Below the pieces are notes generated by a model that did not search any database, was not told where the DNA came from, and saw only the letters and a program-made list of their open reading frames with translations. Of a stretch of DNA of 64,000 bases, positions 37,710 through 47,985 are shown piece by piece (the first letter of the stretch is position 1; the number at the start of each line of letters is the position of its first letter). This DNA comes from a bacterium (GTDB taxonomy: Bacteria; JAMCPX01): positions 1 through 64,000 of the forward strand of contig JBBIVV010000005.1 of assembly GCA_037439545.1 (NCBI GenBank), read 5' to 3'. A program made the translations under genes and the position numbers.

Positions 37710-40094
37710 TTATAGTATCGTTATTACAACCATCCCCATCATTAAACCTATAGTAACGGCAGATACGATCAGCCCGAGACGAAACATGCCGGGGTTATAG
37801 ATAACCGTGACCGTGTAATTGCCGGCAGGCAGTTTTATGCCTTGAAACAGATAATTTACATGGTACATCTGTACCTCTTTGCCGTCTATGTAAGCGTGCC
37901 AGCCGGGATAATACGGTTCGTTTATCACCAGAAAACCATGTGTGCCTGCCTCCACCTTTACCTCATGCTCATCCGGTACGTCCTTTACTCCTGTCAACCT
38001 GATTTTTGCGTTGTTCAAGCTGCCGGTCTCATCGATACCTGTCACCAAAGAGATATGTATAAGTTTTGGATCATGGGTGGATAAAAGAGCACGTGCCTCA
38101 TCATCGCTCATCACCGATTGAACACTATCCGCAAGATAGAAGAGCGGCTTTGCATCCGGATTTTCCCATAGGGAAAGGTCTTTATATGTGCCGAGCAGTT
38201 TGTAGTGTGCCGGATTCAGATAGGTAGACGAGGTAAATATAAGATATTTTATCCCGGCGATACTTGCAATGACATGATCAGGCGGTATACCGGGTCTCGA
38301 TTGTAGACTACTGCCATTACTGCCAAGCAACGGCGTACTCCCGGGAAACAAAAGGAAAAGGAATTTCTGGTACAAGAGCGAGACGGTTATATCGTATCCG
38401 CCAAAAGCCCGTATGCCGTAATTCATATTGAGGTTCGGCGCAATGATGTCGTCACCTGCATAGAACGTATAATCGGATGTAGTGAGTTCCTTTAGTTTTT
38501 GTATAAGAGGTGTCGTTGGTTTCAGATCATGTGCCGGTGGATCGGGATTGTAATTTATGCCGAAGGTAAAAAGGTCCGCAAGGGCAAGAAGGATAAGACT
38601 TATAACTGCAATCTTCGGTTTTCTTTTGGCTTTTATCAGGAGAAAGACTGTCCCTGCTATAAAAAACAGCGCTATGGCGGACTCGACAATCAAAAGGGCT
38701 ATTACCCCTGGATTGTGGCCGAGCAACGGAAGTAATTTTGCATATCCGGCCCCTGCAAGCAGTAAGGCAATCAAATTCACGTGAATTATTGTTAAAAAAA
38801 GATACAGGATAATCAAAGATAAAAACACCACTGTTGTGCCGGCAATCGGCAGCCCCTTCGCATCACTGTCCTTAACCTCTGTAGTTAAAATATTCTGTAC
38901 GCCGAAACCTGCGAGTACTGACAGGGAAAAATCCATCAATAAATAATACCATCCGCTCCCGGCAGCCAATAAGGGCAGTTTAAAAAGCCAGGAAAAAGGC
39001 GGAACATTTTCAGTAAAACAGAGTGCTATGACCGCAGTTACGATAAAAGGTGCTGCAGTTTTTCCGATTTTTTTAACATGAAATAGTGCATACATTCCCA
39101 TTAATAATGGTGCCATGCCGATATACGCATACGCAAAAGTACCCCTGTTTATATAATGATCGAAAAGGTAGCTGTACGATGCATCCGTATTTATATACGG
39201 TGCAAACCACATCATCACCATAGAATACAGGGAAAGAAAAATACTTCTTTCCGGGGCAACTGTCCTGAACAGAAGCGGCTCGCTGTTCAACAATATCTGA
39301 ACAAACGGAAATAATTGCACTGCGGCTATCAGGGTGCCGAGCATAATGCCTGATCCTGTATAAAAAATCCCTTTTATGAGGTGTTTCCCGGAGAGTGCAA
39401 GCTTTACAACGGCATAAAGTATCAATCCCAGGACACCCACTGCCGTTGTTTCTGCATGCCCGGCTAAAAAGGACATGCCTATGGCTGTCGAAATACCGGC
39501 CACATTCAGGAAATTTGATTTTGGCTGCTCGTCCATTGATCTGAAAAGCCGTTCAAAAAAATAAAATGACCACGGTATGAAGCTGCCTGCTGCTGTTGAG
39601 GTAAGGAGATGGCTATACATGATCATATATGCCGAAAATACCCATGTTATGCTTCCGAAAAGGCTTGCATACAGGCCAAGTCCGAGCAGATCGAGGAGCA
39701 GATACATACCTATACCCGTTATCAGAAGCTTGAGTAGAGCAATGATAAGGAAGCCTTTTTCAAAAGAAAACGGGAGGCTCATTAGATTATACAGTGATAG
39801 AACACCGCTTTGATCGTTTGCAAAGAACGGTGCACCGCCATAAATATAGGGATTCCAGAGAGGAAAACGGCGTTCATGCATTTGATCATAGTAATACGAT
39901 CTGAAAGGTATAAACATCAGGACCCCGTCACCCTGGAGTACGTTGTGCGGTATGGTATTTTTATATTCGCTCCACGGCTTTGCAAGATAGATCATGTCGA
40001 CAGGCGCGTAGATGGAGTTTGGTTTTAAAATGGACGGCAAAAAAAACAAAAAGATCAGAACAATAAGTATGGAAATGCCCTGTAACCGTTTCAT
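37710..40094 (-). CDS. YfhO-family polytopic membrane protein (GT-C fold glycosyltransferase-like)
   Basis: PLWNPY..GG.PF, multiple TM helices and C-terminal E.YYPGWHAYIDG...V.Y.P. Confidence 0.82.
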   Translation of the reverse strand: MKRLQGISILIVLIFLFFLPSILKPNSIYAPVDMIYLAKPWSEYKNTIPHNVLQGDGVLMFIPFRSYYYDQMHERRFPLWNPYIYGGAPFFANDQSGVLSLYNLMSLPFSFEKGFLIIALLKLLITGIGMYLLLDLLGLGLYASLFGSITWVFSAYMIMYSHLLTSTAAGSFIPWSFYFFERLFRSMDEQPKSNFLNVAGISTAIGMSFLAGHAETTAVGVLGLILYAVVKLALSGKHLIKGIFYTGSGIMLGTLIAAVQLFPFVQILLNSEPLLFRTVAPERSIFLSLYSMVMMWFAPYINTDASYSYLFDHYINRGTFAYAYIGMAPLLMGMYALFHVKKIGKTAAPFIVTAVIALCFTENVPPFSWLFKLPLLAAGSGWYYLLMDFSLSVLAGFGVQNILTTEVKDSDAKGLPIAGTTVVFLSLIILYLFLTIIHVNLIALLLAGAGYAKLLPLLGHNPGVIALLIVESAIALFFIAGTVFLLIKAKRKPKIAVISLILLALADLFTFGINYNPDPPAHDLKPTTPLIQKLKELTTSDYTFYAGDDIIAPNLNMNYGIRAFGGYDITVSLLYQKFLFLLFPGSTPLLGSNGSSLQSRPGIPPDHVIASIAGIKYLIFTSSTYLNPAHYKLLGTYKDLSLWENPDAKPLFYLADSVQSVMSDDEARALLSTHDPKLIHISLVTGIDETGSLNNAKIRLTGVKDVPDEHEVKVEAGTHGFLVINEPYYPGWHAYIDGKEVQMYHVNYLFQGIKLPAGNYTVTVIYNPGMFRLGLIVSAVTIGLMMGMVVITIL

Positions 40095-40195
40095 GGTTTG
40101 CTTATAACATGGTTGAAATAGAGATCAATAAGATAATAACAGCCGTGAATTACAGGCATGTAAATCGTGTACTGTTTCTTAAAAAATATGTTTCG

Positions 40196-41332
40196 CTATT
40201 TCAGCAATTCCTTTGCTATGATGAGTTTTTGTATCTCTGACGTGCCTGCACCGATCTCGAGCAGCTTGGCATCCCTGAAATATCTCTCGACGTTATACTC
40301 GCGTATATATCCATAACCGCCCATGATCTGGATTGCTTCACGCGCTGCCCTGTTCACCATGCCTGAGGCAAACAGCTTTGCAATGGATGCCTCCTTCGTG
40401 ATCCTTTTTCCCTGAACCATAAGCTCGATCAGGTTATAGACATACTGACGTGCTACCTCAAGTTCAGAGGACATGACTGCGAGCTTTTCCTGTACAAGCT
40501 GAAATTCCGATATATACCGGCCGAATTGCTTTCTTTGTTTCGTATATAAAAGCGCCTCATCGAGACACGCCTGTGCTATACCGATACTCGAGAGCGGCGT
40601 GTATGCCCGTTCGACATCGAGGGATGAAAACATGTCCTTAAATCCGTTGCTTTCTTTGCCGAGCAGGTGATCTTTTGAAACTCTTACCTCTTCAAGTATA
40701 ATCTCTCCTGTCGGCGAGCATCTGCCGCCGAGCTTTTTGAAAGGCTTGCCTGTTGATAAGCCCGGCATGCCCTTTTCAAGAATAAATGCACATCCACCTT
40801 CTGCTTTTGTCGAGCCGGGCTTTCTCGCTATGACGATAAAAAAATCCGCTATCGGAGCATTGGTTATAAATGTTTTTCTGCCGTTAATGATGTATCCGCC
40901 GCCGTCTTTTTTCCAGGTCGTTGTAATTGAGAGCGCATCTGAGCCGGCATCGGGTTCTGTCAGTGCCCAGCATCCGATCTTCTCGCCTTTTATAATGGGA
41001 GAAAGGTATTTCTGTTTCTGTTCGTCATTGCCATGCCTGGTAACATTGTTTGCAAACAGCAAGTCAGAGGCATTCAACGAGAGGTTGTATCCAAAAGATA
41101 TCCTGCAGTTTTCCTCATAAATAACTGCCTTGGCATAGTAATCTGTCATGCCTCCGTACTGTTCCGGCAGGTGCGGTCCAACATAGCCGAGGACTGCGGC
41201 CTTCTTGAGCACATCGGTAGGAAAGGACTCTCTTTCATCATACTCGGATGCAACAGGCGCAAGCTCTTTAAGATTGAACTTCCGCACTTCATCACGTAAT
41301 TTTATGTATTCTTCTTTATCTGCAAAAAGCAT
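40196..41332 (-). CDS. Acyl-CoA dehydrogenase (isovaleryl-CoA dehydrogenase-like)
   Basis: ALTEPDAGSD, NGRKTFITN, RKQFG, IMGGYGY and RDAKLLEIGAGTSEI motifs. Confidence 0.9.
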   Translation of the reverse strand: MLFADKEEYIKLRDEVRKFNLKELAPVASEYDERESFPTDVLKKAAVLGYVGPHLPEQYGGMTDYYAKAVIYEENCRISFGYNLSLNASDLLFANNVTRHGNDEQKQKYLSPIIKGEKIGCWALTEPDAGSDALSITTTWKKDGGGYIINGRKTFITNAPIADFFIVIARKPGSTKAEGGCAFILEKGMPGLSTGKPFKKLGGRCSPTGEIILEEVRVSKDHLLGKESNGFKDMFSSLDVERAYTPLSSIGIAQACLDEALLYTKQRKQFGRYISEFQLVQEKLAVMSSELEVARQYVYNLIELMVQGKRITKEASIAKLFASGMVNRAAREAIQIMGGYGYIREYNVERYFRDAKLLEIGAGTSEIQKLIIAKELLK

Positions 41333-41356
41333 TTCAGTGTTTTTTTACTGTTTTGA

Positions 41357-41382
41357 CAGGGGCATAGTGTACTATGCCCCTG
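41357..41382. repeat. Perfect palindrome (REP-like or attenuating hairpin)
   Basis: CAGGGGCATAGT-GT-ACTATGCCCCTG, with no downstream U-tract on the coding (minus) strand. Confidence 0.55.
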
Positions 41383-41398
41383 CATTAAAGACTATATT

Positions 41399-41842
41399 CT
41401 ATTTACAATCGCCTATGCGTTTCCCTTGAAAATGATAGATCATGTGCATGGTGTTTTTTGCATTGCCCTCCGTATCCATGGTCATGCTGCCTTCATAGCT
41501 TGTTCCCTTATAGGTCATTTCCCCTGTGCTGGTCATATGTTGTTTGCCTGTACATACGGTTTTCCATGTAACATGATCTCCGCTCACCTTGTAATCCTGT
41601 ATTTTGCAGTCTTTGTTTTCTTTTGCTTTCGGTGTTGTTTTGTCCGGATCCTGCAGGTCCTTCTTCGTGATACATTGCTTTTGAGTCATAGGCTTCATGG
41701 CAAACGGCATCTGCATGCCCTTCATTTCCATGGACGTCGTTATCTCCCAGAGTCCGGCCTGCATGTTAGGTGAAGCTGCAAACACGGCCGATACAAGTAA
41801 TAATACTATGACCCCTGACCCGATTACGCTTTTTGTCTTCAT
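41399..41842 (-). CDS. DUF3617-family exported protein
   Basis: Signal peptide, GLWEIT, QCIT, C...W...C and terminal GKRIGDC. ATG 41842 follows AGGAGG. Confidence 0.85.
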   Translation of the reverse strand: MKTKSVIGSGVIVLLLVSAVFAASPNMQAGLWEITTSMEMKGMQMPFAMKPMTQKQCITKKDLQDPDKTTPKAKENKDCKIQDYKVSGDHVTWKTVCTGKQHMTSTGEMTYKGTSYEGSMTMDTEGNAKNTMHMIYHFQGKRIGDCK

Positions 41843-41919
41843 AAACTTTTCCTCCTTTGTACCGAGCATACATGAAAAAAGCAGGAAGAGCAAACCGTGA
41901 ATTGTCTTGTATGAACATG

Positions 41920-42747
41920 TTATTGCGCTACAGAATAAAGCATTCCTTTCTTCACAATAAACCCCTCTTTCTCGAGCTGAACAAGAATATTTCCGATCTG
42001 GTCAGTGCCATGCATCAACATCCGGGTGAGCGCCGCTTTGCTTGCCGGACCTTCCATAAGTGACCTCAAAATCTTCCCTCTCATCTGCCTGTTCGACCCC
42101 TGAAAAGCGCCCTGTTTCCGATAATGCGCACTCCTCAGATTGAGCATTGGTAAGTGCCGTTTTAACAGGACACCATAATCCATAAGCGCATAATACCACT
42201 CTCTGGAATTGCGTCTGTCCAGTGTTTTTTCCACGACCGGCAGGATGTCCGTGTCTTTCACCTTGTATCTGTTATTGAAAAAGAAATGGAGAAAAACACA
42301 CCGGATATTTGTTTCGACAAAAATGGCCGGTTTGTTGAACGCAAAAGCGCAAATGGAAGAGGCAGTCGCCCTGCCGATTCCCGGAAGTGTTTCAAGTTGA
42401 TCCACAGAATCGGGTAGGATGCCGTCGAAATCTCGTATTACCCTCGTTGCGATCCCTTTCAAGGAAATAGCACGGCGGTTATACCCCATTCCCTGCCATA
42501 CACTGAGTAGTTCTTTGAGAGAGGCTTTTTTGAGCGATGGGAAATCCGGGAAGGCCATGATAAACTCCGGATATTTTTTTATGACCCGCTCCACCTGTGT
42601 CTGCTGGAGCATTACCTCGGAAACCAGGATGTGATAGGGATTTTTTGTCCTCCGCCATGGCAGATCTCTGCCATGCTTTTTGTAGTACCGTAAGATAACA
42701 GTCCGGAACTTCCTTATTCCGGCAGGTGTCGGGTATTTCGTCATCAC
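41920..42747 (-). CDS. mutY: A/G-specific adenine glycosylase (short MutY-like HhH-GPD protein)
   Basis: RDLPWR, VSEVMLQQTQV.RV, WQGMGYNRRA, LPGIG and ETNIR motifs. Confidence 0.85.
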   Translation of the reverse strand: MMTKYPTPAGIRKFRTVILRYYKKHGRDLPWRRTKNPYHILVSEVMLQQTQVERVIKKYPEFIMAFPDFPSLKKASLKELLSVWQGMGYNRRAISLKGIATRVIRDFDGILPDSVDQLETLPGIGRATASSICAFAFNKPAIFVETNIRCVFLHFFFNNRYKVKDTDILPVVEKTLDRRNSREWYYALMDYGVLLKRHLPMLNLRSAHYRKQGAFQGSNRQMRGKILRSLMEGPASKAALTRMLMHGTDQIGNILVQLEKEGFIVKKGMLYSVAQ

Positions 42748-42885
42748 GGGTTCACCCTATGAAGAAAGGATATGGTTGTCAACCGCATCACCAAATTTAT
42801 TTGCACAAGCGGATTTATTTTGCTATTGATAAAATAATCAACAATATTTGTCTCTGAGCTTTTATAGGAATAAAAGGAGAGTATT

Positions 42886-44022
42886 ATGACAGACGTGTTT
42901 TTAACAGACGCACAGATAAAGCTTCGTGATCAAACACGGGATTACATGGCACAAGAAGTGATACCCCTTGCTAAAACGATCGACCATGATGACGTAATTC
43001 CTGAAACGCTGATAAAAAAGCTCCTCAGTCCGCCCCTGAGATTGACCGCACTGTCCGTGCCCAGGGCTTATAACGGTATGGGCTTGAGCACGCTTGAAGC
43101 ATGCGTTGTTGCAGAGCAAGTCGGTTATGCCTGCCCGGCACTGATACCCCTTGTAGAGATTGCACAACTATTCGTGCACGGCCTGCTGTATGGTGGTAAC
43201 GAAGAACAGAAAAAGCTCTATCTTACAAGGCTGGCACAAGGCATGGTCGGTTGTTATGCACTCACGGATGAAGGTCCCGGCTCTGACCCTGCAGGTATGA
43301 AATCCACGGCAACGAAAACAGACAAGGGCTATCTGTTAAACGGGAAAAAAAGGCTCGTTACCTTTGCGGACATATCGGAATTCTATATCATTTTTGCTAA
43401 GACCTCCCCGGATAAAGGGGGTAAAGGCATCAGCGGGTTTATTGTCGAAGGCAAACCTAAAGGGCTTGTGTTCGAAAGCCATGCCAAGACCATGGGGCTC
43501 AGGGGACACAGGGCTTTTAATGTCATGCTTGATGATATGTTCGTGCCCGAACAAAACCTGCTCGGTAAAGCTGATGAAGGGTTGAAGCTCGCACTCGAGA
43601 TCCTGAATACGACGAGGATAAGCCTTGCTGCGGGCTTTACAGGACTGGCATCTGCTGCTTTTGATACGGCGGTAAAATTCGCCAAACAGAGGATTGTCGC
43701 GGGCAAGCCCATAATCGAGAACCAGGCAATAGCATTTCCCCTTACCGAGCTCGCGGCAAGGATAGATGCGTCGAGACTGCTTACCTATCGTGTTGCCCTT
43801 ATGCATGACAAGGGCATCCGCCATAAAAAAGAAACATCCATGGCAAAGTTCTATTCAGCCGAGACCCTTGTCCATGCAGTCGAGCTTGCAAGCAGGGTCC
43901 TCGGTGCGTATGGTGCTTCACCGGAATACCCGGTTGAAAGATATTTAAGGGACGCATTTTCATGGATAGCTGCTCAGGGAACGATAGAGGTGCAGAAGCT
44001 CGTCGTTTCAAGGGAGCTGTGA
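42886..44022 (+). CDS. Acyl-CoA dehydrogenase
   Basis: YALTDEGPGSD, LNGKK, SMAKFY, LGAYG...EYPVERYLRDA and QGT.EVQK motifs. Confidence 0.9.
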   Translation: MTDVFLTDAQIKLRDQTRDYMAQEVIPLAKTIDHDDVIPETLIKKLLSPPLRLTALSVPRAYNGMGLSTLEACVVAEQVGYACPALIPLVEIAQLFVHGLLYGGNEEQKKLYLTRLAQGMVGCYALTDEGPGSDPAGMKSTATKTDKGYLLNGKKRLVTFADISEFYIIFAKTSPDKGGKGISGFIVEGKPKGLVFESHAKTMGLRGHRAFNVMLDDMFVPEQNLLGKADEGLKLALEILNTTRISLAAGFTGLASAAFDTAVKFAKQRIVAGKPIIENQAIAFPLTELAARIDASRLLTYRVALMHDKGIRHKKETSMAKFYSAETLVHAVELASRVLGAYGASPEYPVERYLRDAFSWIAAQGTIEVQKLVVSREL

Positions 44023-45221
44023 TGAGAAGAGTGGGCATTATCGGCATTGGGACAACGCAGTTCCGGTCACGCTGGGTAGAGAAAACTTACTTTGAGCTTG
44101 CATTCGATGCGGTAAAGATGGCACTGGACGATGCGGGCATAACAAAGGACAGGATAGACTGTGTCGTATACGGTATTTATAATGATTTTTTTGAAAGGCA
44201 GTTCCAACCCGACCTGTTTGTGCATGACTATCTCGGCATGGCTCCAAAGCCCGCGATAAGGGTTTCCACAGGCGGGGCAACGGGCGGCAGTGCGATAAGC
44301 GCCGGCTTTGCACAAATCGCTTCAGGGCTTTATGATGTGTGTCTTGTCGTGGGCGTTGAAAAGTCTGCGGACTGTTTTGATTATGAAACTGGTAAATCAA
44401 GCCCCGAGGTCCTGAAGGCAATCTCCTATACAGCGGACATGACCTATGAACAGCCCACGGGCAGAACTGCCGCAGGATCATTTGCCCTGACGACCATTGC
44501 GCATCTTGAAAAGTACGGGAACCCCACGGAGCTCCAGATGGCAAAGGTTTCTGTAAAAAACCACAACAACGCACTGCTCAATCCTGTTGCCCAGAGCCCG
44601 ATAGCACTGACGGTCGATGATGTTATGAAATCACCCATGATAGCATACCCGTTCAAACGCTATGACAACTGCCTTTACTCAGAGGGATCTGCAGTGCTGA
44701 TCCTGGCATCCGAGGATGCAGCAAGGACATTCAGAAAATCTCCTGTATGGATAAAGGGCATGGGTGCTGCCCTGGATTGTGCAATCATAGGCAACAGAAA
44801 AGACCTGTACAGCTTTGAATCGAGCAGAATAGCCGCAAAAAAGGCGTACACTATGGCAGGCATAAAAAATCCCATGGAAGAGATAGACCTGGCTGAACTG
44901 CACGATGCATTTACCGGTACCGAACTCATCGCTTATGAGGATTGTCTCTTTTGCGACGAGGGCCAAGGAGGCAGGCTTATCGATGAAGGCATGGTCGTAC
45001 GGGACGGAAAGCTGCCGGTAAACGTAAGCGGCGGGTTGATAGGATGCGGTCATGCAGTCGGTGCAACAGGGATCATGCAGACAAACGAGATTGTCCTCCA
45101 TTTGAGGGATGAAGCGGGTAAGCGCCAGATCAAAAACGCTCGGACCGGGCTTGTGCAGAGTATCGGAGGTCCCGGCGCCGCATGGACGGTCTGTCTGGTG
45201 CTGGAGAGGGATGCTGTTTGA
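44022..45221 (+). CDS. SCP2/Ltp-type thiolase-fold protein lacking the N-terminal catalytic Cys
   Basis: VKNH.NA..NP.AQ, ELHDAF, VNVSGGL and GHAVGATG motifs. The usual Cys loop reads STGGATGG. The start overlaps the ACAD stop. Confidence 0.85.
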   Translation: MRRVGIIGIGTTQFRSRWVEKTYFELAFDAVKMALDDAGITKDRIDCVVYGIYNDFFERQFQPDLFVHDYLGMAPKPAIRVSTGGATGGSAISAGFAQIASGLYDVCLVVGVEKSADCFDYETGKSSPEVLKAISYTADMTYEQPTGRTAAGSFALTTIAHLEKYGNPTELQMAKVSVKNHNNALLNPVAQSPIALTVDDVMKSPMIAYPFKRYDNCLYSEGSAVLILASEDAARTFRKSPVWIKGMGAALDCAIIGNRKDLYSFESSRIAAKKAYTMAGIKNPMEEIDLAELHDAFTGTELIAYEDCLFCDEGQGGRLIDEGMVVRDGKLPVNVSGGLIGCGHAVGATGIMQTNEIVLHLRDEAGKRQIKNARTGLVQSIGGPGAAWTVCLVLERDAV

Positions 45222-45233
45222 TCGGACGCGAAC

Positions 45234-45425
45234 CAAAGAGGAGATAATTTGATCCGAAACGAAGTAAAACACTTACGAACTGCCTGGAATTCTTCCATGG
45301 TACTCTGCGTGGGCTGCTTCTCTATCGGCGTCAAAGATAAAAGCAATTGCATTTCTGATCAAACAATACCGTTTATCGAAAAGAGCTTAGTTTTGCGAGT
45401 TAAGGGGAAAATTATCTCCTCTCTG
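45234..45425. mobile_element. MITE-like element with terminal inverted repeats
   Basis: Perfect 14-bp IR AGAGGAGATAATTT (45237-45250) / AAATTATCTCCTCT (45409-45422), extending to 16/17 with CA...TG ends. It separates the thiolase-like and DUF35 genes. Confidence 0.6.
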
Positions 45426-45461
45426 CAGGATTTAACTTAAAAATCCTTATTAAGGAGCCGT

Positions 45462-46013
45462 ATGAATAAAGAAACATTTTTAACATGGGCAGGAAGGAAT
45501 GCAAGACGCATTGGTGTAAAAAAAACACAGGTCGTAAAAGCGTTTGAAAAAGAAATGACCGCACCGGTGAATCCGGACGCACCGTTGGAAATTCCGGACA
45601 CCATGCGTGTAACGATGCGGTATTCGTACGGAGGACAATCAAGGTTCTTCAGGGAGATACTGGAGAACAAACGGATCATGGGTACACGCTGCAGCAATTG
45701 CAATAAAGTGTTCTGCCCTCCGCGTACACACTGTCCCGAATGCTATGAGCAGACAGAATGGATAGAACTCAAGGGAACGGGCAAAATTCTCAGCTATACA
45801 ACCGTATACTTTGCAACATCCTCCTCTATAAAACAGGTGCCGTACATCGTTGCCTACATAAAACTCGACGGCACGGACACGGCTATACTTTCAAACATAG
45901 AGATGAAAGACGTTAAAAAAGCAAAAGTCGGTATGGAAGTAAGGGTCATGTTCCGCAAACAAAGAGACGGCAGAATCACGGACATCTATTTTAGCCCGCT
46001 ATTTACCCCGTGA
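45462..46013 (+). CDS. DUF35 Zn-ribbon/OB-fold protein (thiolase/aldolase partner)
   Basis: GTRCSNC....CPPR..CPEC zinc ribbon followed by an OB fold (G.I.SYT, PY.VA.I.LDG, VGM.V). Confidence 0.88.
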   Translation: MNKETFLTWAGRNARRIGVKKTQVVKAFEKEMTAPVNPDAPLEIPDTMRVTMRYSYGGQSRFFREILENKRIMGTRCSNCNKVFCPPRTHCPECYEQTEWIELKGTGKILSYTTVYFATSSSIKQVPYIVAYIKLDGTDTAILSNIEMKDVKKAKVGMEVRVMFRKQRDGRITDIYFSPLFTP

Positions 46014-46083
46014 GAAGTATGACCGGCGGCAGCTATGTGCCTTCGTGAAATATCCGTCTCTGACCAATGACTCCCGAACGGGG

Positions 46084-47364
46084 TTACGGATTGAACATAT
46101 GGAATACCAATCCGGACAGAAGCTTAGGATAAAAGAACGTGGTTTTCTGCGGCATGTTCAGTGATTTTAACGCAACATCCTTGACATCCTTTGCAGTAGG
46201 CGCATTCAGAACAAACGCAGCATCCCCTGCTTTCATGGATGCGAGTGCGCTGTTCAGCTCATGGAAATAAGACAATCGTCCGCCTGCCGAGAATGATTGT
46301 TCCGGTATATTCAGTATGCCCTCAAGAATTTCCTTGTTGAGTATATATACGTCGAGGGATTTTAAAGCGTCAGGGGTCATATCGTCCTTAAGCTTTTGAG
46401 GCCTGTAATTGTGGAGTATATATAGGTTATCGCTGCCATAGAATTTAACACCAAAGGCTTTCCCGTGATTTTCTATTTCTTTGACCCATGCTTGAATTGA
46501 ATCAATTCCTTGTTTATTCGTCAGCAGGTTGACATCAAAGCATGTTTTTAACCTTTCTATGATCTCTTTTTCATTATGCTCTATAGCATGGACGACTCTG
46601 TGTGTCGGAAGTATTACAAGCCCCGGGTCGCTTATGTTGGTGAAGTACGCCATGATGTAATTATAACTCGCGTTCTCATCCCTGGCGTGAGCGGAAGACA
46701 TGTAATCCCTGTACCGTATCGCTGTTTCATACCGGTGGTGTCCGTCGGCAATATACACTCTCTGCCCGCCTATCATCTTCTTTACGGTATCTATGATCTT
46801 TTCTTCGGTAATGCTGTAAAAGAAATGCTCTTCATCGCCTTCTTTGATATGTGCCAGCAGGGTATGAATTGCAGGGCTTATAGTAATACATTCGACGCAT
46901 TTTTTCTCATCATCATAAAGCACAAATATGGGCGACAGGTTTCCTTCACATGCTTTCATCAACTCGAACCTGTCTTCTTTCGGCTTTGACAGCGTTTTCT
47001 CGTGCGTATAAACGTCGCTCCCGAGCTTCATAAGCGTTATGAAGCCATGTCTTTCATACATTTTTCCCTTTGCCCGGAACCTCTGTATGTACAGGTAAAT
47101 GGCCGGCTGGTTATCTTTGATCAGAACACTTGTTTGTTTCCATTCCTCTATAAACTTTCTCGCCCTGGAGTACCGGTTATTCTTATCATTATCACCTTCA
47201 TGCTGTCTCCCGAGTATAAGCCTGACAACATTATGCGGATGTTTTTTGTAAAGTATTTCCTGCTGCTGCTCATTGATGACATCGTAAGGCGGCGCGACAA
47301 CCTGCGATAGATCCACCATGCTTTCATTGTATCTTGTTCCTTTAAACGGTCTTATCTCTGTCAT
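46084..47364 (-). CDS. DUF1015 family protein
   Basis: IRPFKG.RY, APPYDVI, HEKT, YIADGHHRYETA and MPQKTTFFYPK motifs. Confidence 0.9.
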   Translation of the reverse strand: MTEIRPFKGTRYNESMVDLSQVVAPPYDVINEQQQEILYKKHPHNVVRLILGRQHEGDNDKNNRYSRARKFIEEWKQTSVLIKDNQPAIYLYIQRFRAKGKMYERHGFITLMKLGSDVYTHEKTLSKPKEDRFELMKACEGNLSPIFVLYDDEKKCVECITISPAIHTLLAHIKEGDEEHFFYSITEEKIIDTVKKMIGGQRVYIADGHHRYETAIRYRDYMSSAHARDENASYNYIMAYFTNISDPGLVILPTHRVVHAIEHNEKEIIERLKTCFDVNLLTNKQGIDSIQAWVKEIENHGKAFGVKFYGSDNLYILHNYRPQKLKDDMTPDALKSLDVYILNKEILEGILNIPEQSFSAGGRLSYFHELNSALASMKAGDAAFVLNAPTAKDVKDVALKSLNMPQKTTFFYPKLLSGLVFHMFNP

Positions 47365-47983
47365 ATAATACCCTTTCTATTTGAGTTTTTTTTATTATTC
47401 CTTCTCTTATATAGCCTATATCTTTCCCTGTTACATCAATTACCGTTGAAGGCATGGTATGTATCTTACCCCCATCGATGATAAGGTCAACCTTATCGGT
47501 AATACTTGTTGGCGTGCCTGCAACGGATGCTGCGGGCCCCTCATTGGATATGTTTGCACTCGTTGAAACGACAGGATGATCGTAACTATTAAAAATCGAC
47601 CGGATCAGTGGATAGGGTGACAGCCTTAATCCAAGCCTGCCGGTGCCTCCTGTCAATAAGCTGCTCATGCCCTGCCTCGCATTGAATATAAGTGTCAGTG
47701 CGCCGGGCCAAAATGCCTCAATCAATCGCCCGGCAGCAGGCGGAATCTCCGCAACAAGCTCTTTTAACATGGTTCTGTCTTTGATAAGCAGTATGAGAGG
47801 TTTGCCCGGCGGGCGTTGTTTTATTTCAAAGATGCGGTTCACGGCAACATCGTTGAATGCATCGCATCCTATGCCGTATACGGTTTCAGTAGGGTAAAGC
47901 ATAATCCCGCCGTGCGTTAATGTCCGTATGATTACCGGTATGTTTCTGTTGTCCGGGATGCTCTTATCTACTGTTAAATACAA
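47342..47983 (-). CDS. tsaC: L-threonylcarbamoyladenylate synthase (Sua5/YrdC)
   Basis: YPTETVYGIG, K.RP..KP, FWPGALT, STSANIS and PSTVID motifs. Confidence 0.92.
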   Translation of the reverse strand: MYLTVDKSIPDNRNIPVIIRTLTHGGIMLYPTETVYGIGCDAFNDVAVNRIFEIKQRPPGKPLILLIKDRTMLKELVAEIPPAAGRLIEAFWPGALTLIFNARQGMSSLLTGGTGRLGLRLSPYPLIRSIFNSYDHPVVSTSANISNEGPAASVAGTPTSITDKVDLIIDGGKIHTMPSTVIDVTGKDIGYIREGIIKKTQIERVLYDRDKTV

Positions 47984-47985
47984 GT

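Noticed and set aside
41357..41382. Rho-independent terminator
   Set aside because: The stem is strong but there is no U-tract on the coding strand, so it is listed as a REP-like palindrome.
45249..45440. 63-aa ORF between the thiolase-like and DUF35 genes
   Set aside because: It has a TTG start and no motifs, and lies almost entirely within the inverted-repeat element.
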